Below, in pieces: positions 48,790 through 62,249 of a stretch of DNA of 64,000 bases. The notes below the pieces were generated by a model. The model did no database searches, had not been told where the DNA came from, and saw only the letters and a list, made by a program, of their open reading frames with translations. The position numbers and the translations under genes are program-made. The DNA comes from Octopus sinensis. Its lineage: Eukaryota. How positions within the stretch are numbered: the stretch's first letter is position 1; the number at the start of each line of letters is the position of its first letter. Location: contig NC_043011.1 in NCBI RefSeq assembly GCF_006345805.1, positions 2,294,001-2,358,000 on the forward strand, given 5' to 3'.

Positions 48790-49105
48790 ATCATCATCAT
48801 CATTATCATCGTTTAACGTCTGCTTTCCATGCTAGCATTGGTTGGACGGTTCGACCGGGGATCTTGGAAGCCAGGGGCTGCACCAGGCCCCAGTCTGATC
48901 TGGCAGTGTTTCTACAGCTGGATGCCCTTCCTAACGCCAATCACTCCGTGAGTGTAGTGGGTGCTTTTTACGTGCCACCAGCACAGGTGCCAGGCGAGGC
49001 TGGCAACGGCCACGATTGGATTGGTGCTTTTTACATGCCACCGGCACAGAAGCCAGTCTAGGCGGTGCTGGCATCGGCCACGTTCGGATGGTGCTTTTTA
49101 CGGAT
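48790..49105 (-). mobile_element. RTE 3'-UTR-derived repeat (family C)
   Basis: Three head units plus body and tail. Confidence 0.85.
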
Positions 49106-49334
49106 GAAATTTTTAATAATTATTATATGTTAGCATCCACGTTTTCAATTCCTTTTTTTTAAAATCTGAATGTTTACCTCCCACTAATTTTTCTCTTAGA
49201 GAAATACTGCCACTTACAGTTTGCTATGTTGTTGTTCCTATTACAACAACATATATTACATGGCTTGTCTACAAGCAAAGCATTGGGCAAAGTAATACAA
49301 ACCACACTGTCATCAGGTATTCTATTGACCCATA

Positions 49335-49510
49335 AAAGAACCCACTACACTCTCGGAGTGGTGGGTATTAGGAAGGGCATCCAGCTGTAGAAACTCTGCC
49401 AGATCAAGATTGAAGCCTGGTGCAGCCATCTGGTTCGCCAGCCCTCAGTCATTCGTCCAACCCATGCTAGCATGGAAAGTGGACGTTAAACGATGATGAT
49501 GATGATGATG
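49335..49510 (+). mobile_element. RTE 3'-UTR-derived repeat (family C)
   Basis: Body plus (GAT)n tail. Confidence 0.85.
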
Positions 49511-49737
49511 ATATATATTTAATATACAATGTGTCCTTTTCATATTATAGAATAACCCACAGTTATCATATAATTACTGAAACTGGCTTCAGTGGGAGAA
49601 ATTCCACATATTACATAAGTGTAATTACCAGAAATAGATAAATGAAAAGAAGCTTACTACCATTTGTGAAAAATATTAACACTCAGAAACTATGAGAAAT
49701 TATGAAATATGTCTTATTTGATTTAAAATCACATGAT

Positions 49738-50037
49738 CATGTGACCAACCAGGCTATCAGATGTTGCTACACATCGCTGGTCACAATGCGCTTCGCATTG
49801 TTTTCGCCTTCAAAAGACGGCACCCCGCTGGCTAATTGAGTAGGCTAACAGAAGAAAGAGTGAGAGAAAGTTGTGGCAAAAGAGTACAGCAGGGATTGCC
49901 ACCATCCTCTGCCAGAACCTCGTGGAGCTATAGATGTTTTCGCTCAATAAACACTCACAACGCCTGGTCTGGGAATCGAAACCACGATCCTACGACTGCG
50001 AGTCCGCTGCCCTAACCACTGGGCCATTGCACCTCTA
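49738..50037 (-). mobile_element. SINE with family B head and family D tail
   Basis: 49855-50037 matches the B head; 49738-49850 matches 40940-41053. Confidence 0.8.
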
Positions 50038-51124
50038 CATGATTTAAATACTTTTACTAATTTAGGTAGAATAAGCATTACATATATCAATGAACAAATT
50101 TTCATTGAAATAGAAATATTAAAGCAACAGTAATTTACTATGTACACCTTTTATATTATTTGAAGTGGTGTTCTCATCTTCATTGTTGCCTTCCCTATGT
50201 TTTGGCTGTTGTACACTCCAGCCATCCTCAGTTGTCTTATAATTTGCCTTAGTGCCTTCTTCATCTCAGTAATATAGACTCGTATTAATTTACAAATTTA
50301 CTCTTGAATTTTGGTACTTTGTCCAGTTTTGCAGCATGATAATCCTTTCTTTACCTTATTTTCACAAAATCCTTATAAGCTATTTAGGACTTCTGCAAGA
50401 AGTAAAGAAAAAAAAAACTAGTATTCAGTTTATTTGTGAATACTTCTCTGATCCTTAAGTTGAAAAATAATCTTTATTCTGTACAATATAAGATTTTGGT
50501 AAGGAAGCTCAAAAAATTTTAGTAAAGTATAAAAGATATTTTGCATTTCTGAAAATAAACACACATAAAAACTAAAGCAAAACTAAAGCAAAACTAAAAC
50601 AAAACTATGCAAACTCACAATTGTTAACAGACTTATGTAAAAACATGCAAGAGTACTTATAAATTTATTGTTATATTTCATGTAACGTGTTTTATTTTGG
50701 CTAGACTCTCTCTCTCTTTCTCCCTCTCTCTCTCTTTCACACACACACATATCACACTCATATACATCAATATACTGTCAAGTGCATCTATCTATATGTA
50801 GGTGCAGCACTTTTGCATGAATCTCCAGTGGGATAAACTTGGTGGATAATCCTTATGTAAAGCAGCCACACTCTAGCATTATTTTGTGAGCTGTTGTATT
50901 CCAGCTAAAAATAATGACTTCTAGAAGAATTATTTTGGTTCAAAATCTCTGTACATTATTGTTATATCTAATAACCATGAAAGTGTTAACACCAAAAATG
51001 TTGCTACAACAAACGGCATCAGAAATGTGATAATTAAAATTACCATTTGTCAAAATAGCCTCAGTAGCAATAATTTCATAATTACTACTATATTGACTTG
51101 TAGTCATAGTTTTATAGTTTCAAC

Positions 51125-51480
51125 TTATTATATCTTTATCTTTAGCCATGCTTGGGGTACTGCTTTAGGGGTTTGGTCCAAAGTGTGATTTCAGTACTTA
51201 TTTTTTTTTAATGTGTGGTAATTTTTCTTTCAGTCTCTTTTGCCAAACCACTAAGTTATAGGGACATAAACAAATCAGCACTGGTTGTCAGGCAATTAGG
51301 AGACAAATACAAACACACATGCACACACAGACACATATATATATGTGATAGTCTTCCACACAGTTTCCATCATTCAAATTCACTCTGAAGGCATTGATCA
51401 GACAGGAACTATAATAGAAGACACCTACCCAAATACCATGCAGTGAAACTGAACTCACAACCCGTCTTCTTGATCAAAAC
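51125..51480 (-). mobile_element. Old diverged SINE family A
   Basis: Colinear but heavily mutated. Confidence 0.7.
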
Positions 51481-51888
51481 ATCCATGCCTACACCTGTAA
51501 ATAATTTTGATAGATTATTTCTTTGTCCATATAATTTTGATGATTTTTCTCAACATAATATTACACAAATCTGGACGACAAAACCGATCTAGTCAAAATT
51601 TATTGAAATGGCATCAGATTCACAAATATGGAAATACTTTGTAGGAAATTAAAGGGCTGACTTTACAGATAATGATTTTGAATTATATACAATTTTATTT
51701 TATTTCTTTCTTGTTAACCACAAATAGACCTCCTTTGATCATGTTCGTAGAATAATGCAATAAGCATATACACAGCAGATGGTTTGTGAGTGCAGCTTTA
51801 AAATATGGTACATGGAAATTAGCAGATCTTAATTTACAACATCAATCGACACTAAGTTACATAAATATATTTTTAAAATATACATATA

Positions 51889-52293
51889 AGCGCAGAAGTG
51901 GCTGTGTGGTAAGTAGCTTGCTTACCAACCACATGGTTCCGGGTTCAGTCCCACTGCGTGGCATCTTGGGCAAGTGTCTTCTGCTATAGTTCCGGGCCGA
52001 CCAATGCCTTGTGAGTGGATTTGGTAGACGGAAACTGAAAGAAGCCTGTCGTATATATGTATATATATGTATGTGTGTGTGTGTTTGTGTGTATGTGTTT
52101 GTCCCCCTAGCATTGCTTGACAACCGATGCTGGTGTGTTTATGTCCCCATCACTTAGTGGTTCGGCAAAAGAAACCGATAGAATAAGTACTGGGCTTACA
52201 AAAGAATAAGTCCCGGGGTCGATTTGCTCGACTAAAGGCGGTGCTCCAGCATGGCCGCAGTCAAATGACTGAAACAAGTAAAAGCGTAAAGAG
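51889..52293 (+). mobile_element. SINE family A
   Basis: Matches the family consensus. Confidence 0.92.
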
Positions 52294-53149
52294 AATATTT
52301 TTGTGTTTTACAAAATTTGGTGTTAAAGAAAATGTGTGTGTGTGTGCATGTATGTATAATTATGTTTGTGAAGTTAAAATGTTTACCAGCGGATAATAAG
52401 AAGCAGTAAAAAGAAAACTTTAGTATTTTTACACTGGTAGAATTTATTCTGGCAAGTTAAAGTAGAAGTCAAGTGCTAGTAAAAGTGAATAAAAGACTAT
52501 TTACACATGGCTGTCAGTGACAGCTAAATGAAAGTAAGAAGCCGACAGCAATTTTCTTCTGTTTAAATAGCCAAAATATAGGCTCACAAACCATTAGCCT
52601 CTGATTGGCAAAATTTTTTAATTGACTAGAAATGCATGATAACAGTAGAACTAATATGTCATTTGTATAAAGTCACAACTACACCACGAATTGCAGAAAT
52701 GACATTATAAGATATATTTCAGAAAACCATTATTAGCCTATAACCTAGCTTGACTAAACCTACTACTAGAGGATCTGTTTTTTAGAAATTCAGTCATCTT
52801 TATTTTTTGCTTGTTTCAATCATTACACTGCAACCATTGCTAGAAGATTGCTTTTAAAGGTTTAGTTGAACAAGTCAGCCCCCGTACTTTTTAATCCAAG
52901 CCTTATTGTTATATTTTATTTTGGCTAGACTCTTTTGCTCTCTCTCTCTCTCTCTCTCTCTCTAACACACACACTCATACACATCGCCACACTGTCAAGT
53001 GCATCTGTCTATATGTAAGTGCAGCCTGTTCCTGTTCTACCAGATTCTTTTATTCAAATTGCTAAGTTGCAGGGATGTAAACAAATCAATGCTGGTTATC
53101 ACGTGGTGGTGGTGGTGGTGGTGGTGGTGGTGGGGTGGGGGTCATAGCC

Positions 53150-54955
53150 CAACTAATTAGGGAGAGAATCAGTTTAGATGAGATGCAATTTGGGTTTGTG
53201 CCAGGGAAAAGCAGCACTGATGCTACATTTCTGGTAAGAGCTGCTGGAGAAATTCCTAGCAAAAGATAAACCTCGGTACCTGGCTTTCGTTGACATGGAG
53301 AAAACCTTTGACAGGCTTCCCTGATCCCTTATCTGGTGGTCAATGTGGAAACTAGGGATAGATGAGTGGTTAGTGAGAGCTGTACAAGCCATGTAAAGGG
53401 ATGCTGTCAGTAAGGTAAGGGTTGGCAACGAGGACAGGGAAGAATTTTTGGTGGGGGTCCACCAAGGATCAGTCCTCAGCCTGCTCTTAGTCATCATAGT
53501 CCTCCAGGCAATAACAGAGGAATTCAAGACAGGATGCTCCTGGGAGCTTCTCTATGCTGATGACCTTGCTCTAATTGCTGAGTCACTATCAGAACTAGAG
53601 GAGAAGTTACAGGTGTGGAAGCAAAGTCTAGAATCGAAAAGTCAATCTAGCAAAAACCAAAGTCTTATAAGTAGGAAGGCAAACAAACCACAAATCCCTT
53701 CAGGTAGACGGCCTTGCTTGATCCGTAGAAAGGATTAGGTAGAAACTCCATAAGCTGTACCTGGTGTAAGCTATGGACACATAAGAGGTGCAGCAATGTC
53801 AACTGGGAAGATAGTTTTTGTGTGTGGCAAATTCTCAGGGGCAATAAACACTGAAAATACGCAGAAAACAACTTCCGTCACATGCCAGGGGAAAAACTAC
53901 AAGTAGTTGACAGCTTCCCTTACCTAGATGAACAAGTCAGTAGTAGGGGTGGATGGTCTGAGAGTGTAGCTGTTAGAATAAGAATAGCCTGGGTAAAGTT
54001 CAGAGAGCTCCTATCTCTGCTGATGACAAAGGGCCCCTTGCTCAGTGTAAAAGGTAGACTGTATGATGCATGTATGCAAACAGCCATGCTACATGGTAGT
54101 GAAACATAGGCTGTGACTGCTGAGGATATGCATAAGCTTGCAAGGAATGTGTAATGTCAGTGTGCATACATGACAGAGTGTAAGCACCCTGAGAGAAAAG
54201 TTGGACATACATCAGATGTATGCAAGAGAGACAACTGCACTGGGTATGGTCATGTGTTGTGTATGGATGAGGACAGCTGTGTGAAGAAGTATCACACCCT
54301 AGCAGTTGAGGGAATCTGTGGAAAAGGTAGACCCAGGAAGGCCTCGGATGAGCTGGTGAACATGGAGGAAATGACAAGTGACTGAGACCTTTGGAGGTAT
54401 GCTATGCTAGAGAAGACCCCACAAGCCAAGTGAGATGGTAAATGTGGCCTATGCCAGTGCAGCATAACCGGCCCATTTAAGAGTACTCTTCAATCATTGG
54501 GCAATAAAATGCACTTGCGAAGACCTGTTGAGTCAAGTGAAGATATAGTTGTGGCTGATGACTGTACCACCTGACTGGCACCCATGCTGGTGGCACATAA
54601 AAAGCACCATTTGTGTGTGGTCGATGCCAGGGCCATCTGACTGGTCCCATGCCGGTGGAACGTAAAAAGCACCATTCAAGCGTGACATTGCCAGTACCAC
54701 CTGACTGGCTCCTATGCCAGTGGCATGTAAAAAGTACCATTCAAATGTGGTTGATGCAAGTACTGCCTCACTGGCCCTCATGCCGGTGGCACGTAAAAAG
54801 CATCCACTATGCATTCAGAGTGGCTGGCATTAGGAAGGGCAGCCAAATCAGAATGGAGCCTGGCGCAGCCTTCTGGCTTACCAGCCCTCAATCAAACCAT
54901 CCAACCCATGCCAGCATGGAAAGCAGACGTTAAATGATGATGACAATGATGATGG
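53150..54955 (+). mobile_element. 5'-truncated RTE-clade LINE: degenerate RT plus 3'-UTR
   Basis: EMQFGFVPGKSSTDATFLV; AFVDMEKTFD; VGVHQGSVLS; LLYADDLAL; MLHGSETW; UTR with GGCAC-TAAAAAGCA units and (TGA)n tail. Confidence 0.92.
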
Positions 54956-55600
54956 GCTTCTCTCAGTTTCTGTCTGCCAAATTCGCTCACAAGGCTTTGG
55001 TCAGTTTGTGGCTGTAGTAGAAGACACTTGCCCAAGGTGCCATGCAGTGGAACTGAACCCAGAACTGTGTGGTTGAGAAGCAAACTTCTCATCACACAGC
55101 CTTGCCTGCACTTAGTATGATCCCTTTGCCTCCCACATGAGGAAATAAACTCCTGTCTCCCACACAACTGGTAGGGTTAGTATACTACCTTTTTTTTCTC
55201 TTTTACCTTTTTCAGTCATATGACTGCGGCCATGCTGGAGCACTGCCTTTAGTCGAGCAAATTGACCCCGGGACTTATTCTTTGTAAGCCTAGTACTTAT
55301 TCTATCAGTCTCTTTTGCCAAACTGCTAAGTTGCGGGGACGTAAACACACCAGCATCGGTTGTCAAGCAATGCTAGGGGGACAAACACAGACACACAAAC
55401 ACACACATATATATATATATATATATACATATATATACGACAGGCTTCTTTCAGTTTCCGTCTACCAAATCCACTCACAAGGCATTGGTCGGCCCGAGGC
55501 TATAATAGAAGACACTTGCCCAAGATGCCTCGCATTGGGACTGAACCCAGAACCATGTGGCTGGTTAGCAAGCTACTTACCACACAGCCACTCCCGTGCC
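54955..55600 (-). mobile_element. Two SINE family A copies (diverged head 54955-55110; full copy 55195-55600)
   Basis: Match the family consensus. Confidence 0.88.
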
Positions 55601-56461
55601 TACTTTGGATAATTAGGAAATATATCTTGAATGTTACAATGGGTGTCTCAAAGTCAACAATGTAGATGACTTTAAACAGAGATCAAAGTATGGTTATAGA
55701 TAGATAATATAAGTATATAAGTGATGACCTGATAACACAACTCTTCAGTACTGAAGAACCTGACAAAATGTCTCATAAAGAACTATTAACAAAATTAACA
55801 TATCATTTTAAGAAGCACCTATATACTAGGATTGTGTTATATGAATTTCACCTATGTGTAATGAAAACTGGACAATCAAATGATGATTTTAATTGCCCAA
55901 TACTTGACTGAATCGGGATATTTATGGAACAGTGAAGTATGGCTTGATTGTCTTCATGACAAAATTCCTTGACTCAAGGATGTATCAAAATTTGTTGTTC
56001 AGTCTGAAGAAGCCAAACATTCATTTAGTGGTACAATGTTATTGACTTAATATTTCTAAAATTTTGTCAAATAATATCAAAAGTAATTCTAAAATTATGC
56101 TTAATCAAAAATCAAATGAAAAGAATACAAAATTAAGTAATCAAAGGAAATGCTTCAAAGACTGTTATATTGATCATATAGGGATAACTAACTGGTACTC
56201 CATTGCTTATGATAATGAGGGTTCTGGTCGATCTGATCAATGGAACAATCTGCTCGCAAAATTAACTGCATGTACCTGAGCACTCCATAGACATGTGTAC
56301 CACTAACTTAGTTCTCAGGGAGATTCAGCCTGACGGGGAATGTGATAAGGTTGACCCAGAGAAATACAGGTACTACGTTTTTTACCAGCTGACATATAAG
56401 AATAAAAAAAGTTAATCCATACAGAAAAATTGATCAATGACTGGAGGTACATAGGGTATCA

Positions 56462-56510
<49 letters not shown>

Positions 56511-56530
56511 GTAATAGTAATAATAATAAC

Positions 56531-56571
<41 letters not shown>

Positions 56572-56577
56572 TAATAG
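56462..56577 (+). repeat. (AAT)n microsatellite
   Basis: Direct reading. Confidence 0.97.
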
Positions 56578-57234
56578 TATTCTGCTAAGTGCCACAGATT
56601 TTCATGTCAGACCTTAACCAGTTGAGCATGTCCCTTAGTGGCTGATATGTGCATCTCTGATCATGAGCAGAAGTAGCAAGGAAGAATCATAGCCATGTGT
56701 TGAGAAGAATTCTTTGGATTTTGAATAATCCACCTCTGAAAACATGGGTGTTTTGTTCAACATCCTTAAACAACCCTTATTCATGGATCTTTTGAGTGGG
56801 ATGGGCTACTTGACTTGAAGAAAATTCTAACTAGGCTCCACCTGCAAGCTCATATGCTGCTTATCTTGATATGAGATCACCATGTCATGCACATATAGTT
56901 GTGATACATGTGCCTGGTGTACTCTTATAAGATGTGTAGTCATGATGAGTATACTGGGCTTTGTATATTTTACTCCAGTGTCATTTTGATGGCATGCACT
57001 GCTCTTTCACCCAATAATAATTATAATTCCTTCCACAATTAGCACAAGGCCTCCAATTTTGGTGTAAGTGGCTTTCACCAACTCCAGTGATCAACTGGCA
57101 CTTATTTCATTGACTCCAAAATGATGAAAGGTAAAGTCAACTTCAGTAGAATTGGAACTCAGAACACAAAGACAGATGAAAGGCCACTAAGCATTTTGTC
57201 CACCGTGCTAATGACCACAAATAAGGTTGAAGCA

Positions 57235-57765
57235 AAACAAATCACTTTGACAAAAAATGCCTGCATTTAGATATTTCAATCCCAACAGACTGCAACTCTT
57301 CTGTAAAACTACTTGGAAAGTTAAGTAAATACAAAATCCTTGAAATAGAAGCCTCAGGAAGGAATGTGGCTTCGAAGTACAAATGTGTATGTGATCATCA
57401 GAGCTTTGAGGACAATATCAATTGGCACTCTAAAGCACTATGGTCAAATACCAGGAAACACTAAAGTATCAGAACAACAAAGAAACTGTTTACATGGATA
57501 CTGCTTACATCTTTAGACAAACACTTGTCGAATTGAAAATACCTGATTCCCTTAAAACTCTTTCAAAATCGAAATTTTAAACAAATTGAACAGAAGCTTA
57601 GTTCTCAGAATTTGGTCTCCCCTCCCCTACAGTGTATCATTGCTAATCATAAATAACTCTCCTTGTAAGACGTTGTACTTGTTGCTTGAAGTTTCTGGGT
57701 GAGACTTGGATCAACTCGAATATAACAGACTAACAATAATGTAAACAACCTAATAATAATGATAA
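57235..57765 (+). pseudogene. R4/Dong-like non-LTR element, restriction-like endonuclease C-terminus and 3' tail
   Basis: DKKCLHLDISIPTD...KLSKYKILEIE...VIIRAL...GQIPG...MDTAYIFRQTL; tail TTGAAGTTTCTGGGTGAGACTTGG ending in AAT repeats. Confidence 0.75.
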
Positions 57766-57931
57766 TTTCTAAAGGGTCTAGTTGATGCCATCAAGCTCAA
57801 TATTTATCTAGAAGTTTATTTTTATCAACACTGAAATGATGAAAGACAAAGCTGTCCTCAGTCATATTTAAATTCAGAACATAATCAAAGCAAATACAGT
57901 GAAGTATTTTGTTTGAAACTCTAATGAGACA

Positions 57932-57933
<2 letters not shown>

Positions 57934-57980
<47 letters not shown>

Positions 57981-58110
57981 TGTTTGAATTTTGTTTTACA
58001 TTTGCACAAGCTGGCTTCAAATCTCACCCAGAGACCTCAAGAGACAACAAGTTGGAAGTTCATGTTGGTGTTATGCCTAGGGTGCCATATATTTGGTTTT
58101 GTATTTAGTG
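57934..58110 (-). mobile_element. Second R4/Dong-like 3' tail ending in (AAT)n
   Basis: Minus strand CTTGAGGTCTCTGGGTGAGATTTG...CAAAC(AAT)n resembles 57680-57765. Confidence 0.65.
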
Positions 58111-58879
58111 TTGTACTAATGAATGTCTAAAAAACCATACGAAAATTATGTTTGTTTCAAAACATGAGATTACAAAGAAAGTATTTTGTGTAGGATATTA
58201 TTATTATCATTTTTATTATTATTATTATTATTATTAGTAGTATTAGTAGTAGTAGTAGTAGTAGTAGAAGAAGAAGAAGTAGTAGTGGGAGTAGCAGCAG
58301 CAGCAGCAAAAACAACAATAATTTGATAAAATGCTATGAATTTAATTATAAAATTACTGTCATCATACTAATCATCTTGTTAGATGTATACGAGAATCAA
58401 GTGAATTAAATATTTGATAAAAGTTTGTATGGAAATATCAGAAACAATATACTTCACTTCTGTTGATTAAATTTGAATTAGATACCATTGTGACTAAAAT
58501 CTTGATTTATTTAAATACATATAAATTATTGAATCAATATCATTAGAACCTTTATTGGTAAATGAAATGGTTATTATAATAAGAATATACCAATTAAAGG
58601 AAAATTCTTATTAAATATTAAAATTGGAAATAAACAGGCATGAAAGTTATAAGCTATTGTTATCATTTGTGAAATTAGATCACATTTATTCAGAACGAAC
58701 TGGTTAAAGCATTTAATATGTTACTGTCTATTAACAATATTTCTGATGTTAATTATATTGATAAATCAACCAACTTGGATAAAAATAGATCAATTTATGT
58801 GCTAAATATTCCAAAGTATTTTTGCTATGTTCTCTGGCTGTTGCACAGAAATACAGGTCACAGTTTGACTATATATAGG

Positions 58880-59290
58880 TGCAAAATTGATTTCTTAGAA
58901 TACAGTCCATTACCATCTTCAAAAGCTGAATTGGAACTGGAAGAATTGAAACTGGAAGTACTGAAAAGTATATTAGAATTGATCAATTATGGTGAGTGGG
59001 TTGCACCAATTGTTGTTGTTTGGAAGCTGAATGTCAAGTTTGTATCTGGGGCAATTTTATCATAACCATCAATAAACTAACTGAGAAAGATCATCATCAA
59101 ATGCCAAAATTAAATGAAGGAACTCATAAGCTGTGAACTCAGAGTGAAAAAGAATCAAATGTAATCTACAGTACTTTTAGCTTTTGCAGTACAAATTAAT
59201 GGTAATTGGAATTCTTGGACGCCTTCTGCATATCAAAGTATTGTTGATCTGAAATGAAGCATTGCAAGGCATATTTAATCAGTAACACCA
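58880..59290 (+). pseudogene. Gypsy/Ty3 reverse-transcriptase fragment
   Basis: KAELELEEL...ELINYGEWVAPIVVVWK...TINKLTEKDHHQMP resembles the SEWAAPIVVVxK..ICGDF..LN..D.YP block. Confidence 0.6.
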
Positions 59291-59984
59291 TTATTGGAAT
59301 GGTGAAGGAAGAATGTTTAAATAATTAGAAACGATATTTAGCAATAATAAATAATATAAATATCTTTTAGATACAATACTTATATTACTGCTTAGACTAT
59401 ACGAAAAAGATATGTTTCATAAATAAGTTGGTTATTTTAGCTATGCCATTGGCAAACCTAGTAAAATATTATATGAAAACCAAAAAAACAACTTCTTATT
59501 TCTCTATCCCTCAAAGCCTGTGTAAAGAATAAAGAGTATTAGAATTTATTTCAAAAGTCAAATATTAGTGTTCATTCATTAAAAGCATTTAAAATTTAGT
59601 GCACAATTATATATTTTAACAGCAAGCAGCACACATTTAAATGGTTAGAAAGTTGTCAACTAAGTTTTGATTATTTAAATAACAAGTAACCGAGGCAACT
59701 GAATTGGTACACTACAAGTAGAAGTGACTCTAGATTTTATTAAAACAACTTAGGGGCTACAATTGTCAATTTTGGTTAAGCTGCTATTATGTGATTTTTA
59801 AAATATAGAAATGTGTAATATTAAATTTTTAATGTGTAAACTTGCAGACAATTCGTCTTTTCACTAAAATTGAAAATAAACATGCTTCTTGCATATTCTA
59901 ATTTAAACGTTCAAGTATAAAAAATATATATAATAGGTCATTTATTAGTATTTTAGTTTTTAAATTCTAACTTCAGCAGCAATA

Positions 59985-60217
59985 TACTCTCTTTACTCTT
60001 TTACTTGTTTCAGTCATTTGACTGTGGCCATGCTGGAGCACCACCTTTTAGTCGAGCAAATCGACCCCAGGACTTATTTTTTGTAAGCCTAGTACTTATT
60101 CTATCGGTCTCTTTTGCCGAACCGCTAAGCTACGGGGACGTAAACACACCAGCATCGGTTGTCAAGCGATGTTGGGGGGACAAACACAGACACACAAACA
60201 AATACATATACGCATAC

Positions 60218-60250
<33 letters not shown>

Positions 60251-60411
60251 CGACGGGCTTCTTTCAGTTTCCCTCTACCTAATCCACTCACAAGGCTCTG
60301 GTCTGCCCGAGGCTACAGTAGAAGAAACTTGGCCAAGGTGCCACGCAGTGGGACTGAACCCGGAACCATGTGGTTTGTAAGCAAGATACTTACCACACAG
60401 CCACTCCTACG
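59985..60411 (-). mobile_element. SINE family A
   Basis: Matches the family consensus. Confidence 0.92.
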
Positions 60412-61174
60412 TCTTAAGTCTTTTTCTTTTTGTCCTGTACTTTGCAAGGTTTACTGCTTGTTCTGTACTTTTCTAGGCTCAATACTAATGAATATTCTAG
60501 GATTCTGCACCTGCATTTTTAATTCTTATATATATATATATGTATACGAGCAAAACGCCCCACCCCCCGTCCAATGGACGGTGCTGAATCATATCTGCTG
60601 AATATAAAACAATCAGTGTTTTCTTTTCATTAAAAAATAATTAAGCATGCCTTTATTTCAGTAAAATTTTTGGTTTTGTTAAATGAAGTTAAGGCAAAAA
60701 AGACTAAGTTAAGGCTAATTCTTATTTATATGGGGTTCTAACTTTATTATCCTTACTGTAATTTTTTTTACTATTTTTGCTTTTATTACTCTTGTCTTTT
60801 GCTTCCATTGTTTTTTACTTCCAATACTCTTGCTCTTTATTTTTTACTTTTTATGTTTTATTTTTTAACTTTCATTTTTTCTCTCTATTTTTCTTTTTTT
60901 TTCTTTTTTTCTTCTATCTTATTTTCCTTCCTATCTTATACAAGAGAATTAAATATAAACCCATTCCAATCTATTTAACATTCACTCTTTGTTGACTGGT
61001 GATACAGTATGGGCAGATTTTCGAAATCCAATGAATCTTTATACATTTATACAGTTAGGAAATTTTACAAACACACTTTTTCAAGGAGATATGATAAACC
61101 TATTATAACGGGTAATACTACATGTTATTTTCATATTTTTTATATTGTGATGTAACTCTTTGGACTAACAATGT

Positions 61175-61269
61175 TTGCGACTGAAGAGGGCTTTAAACCA
61201 TCTCTTATATCAATAATACAATGATGTAATAACGGATTGTTTATAAAGCTTGAAACATGTGTACCGTGA
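61175..61269 (+). ncRNA. Degenerate hammerhead-like motif with long stem II
   Basis: UUGCGA-CUGAAGA-GGGCUUU...AAAGCUU-GAAAC-augu-GUA-CCGUGA. Confidence 0.4.
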
Positions 61270-61313
61270 TATCCTTTGTGTTCTGTTTTTAATTTTATTT
61301 GATATATTATATA

Positions 61314-61351
<38 letters not shown>

Positions 61352-61779
61352 TATATATTATTTATATTATTATTTAATTGAACGCCACACATCCATTTCC
61401 AAGTAAGTATATATATTCACACTCATGGGTACAAACAGTTCCTATAACTCAATCTAAATACTGGTGAAGACAATTTTTGATATCTTTCATTGTTGCTAAT
61501 GTTCTTGAAGTTGTGTGAGTACTGAACAAAACTCTGAAGCAAATTAGGTAGCTACCTTATTTAATATAACAAGTTAACAAGAGAACTTTTTTTAAATGGT
61601 TAAATTGAATGGCGTCTATTCATCCAATAATATATTTAAAGAAATATGGCATTTCTCTCTCTTGTCTCTCTCTCTTTCATTCTTTCTTTCTTTCTTTCTC
61701 TGCATCTGTACACACCACACAAGTAGGAGTACACACACACACACATGTGCACACAAATAAACAGAAATGTATATACATA

Positions 61780-61786
61780 CATACAT

Positions 61787-61850
<64 letters not shown>

Positions 61851-61855
61851 GTATG

Positions 61856-61910
<55 letters not shown>
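61780..61910 (+). repeat. (TA)n-rich microsatellite
   Basis: Direct reading. Confidence 0.95.
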
Positions 61911-61913
<3 letters not shown>

Positions 61914-62249
61914 CACAAACACACACACACACAGACATAAATACATAGTATATTATATGTATACTTGCATGCTTTATGCTGTTTGTTTTAATTTGGCTAT
62001 AAAATTGAGGTTTTGCACTTGCTCTATGCAAGCTGTGGGAGATTTGTCCATGTGCAATATAAGCAAACAATGTATTGCTACTCTAGTAGCATGTTATGCA
62101 TAGAGAGTGTGAATGAAGAAAAAGTGTAATTTGCAGAACCGCTGCTGCTTGAGATGGTTGGCACCTCTAACTTGCAGTAACTTCTGTAAAGTCAAGTAGA
62201 AAAATATTTTCATCTTGCAAGTTTAACAATAAATAAATAGCATGAATGA

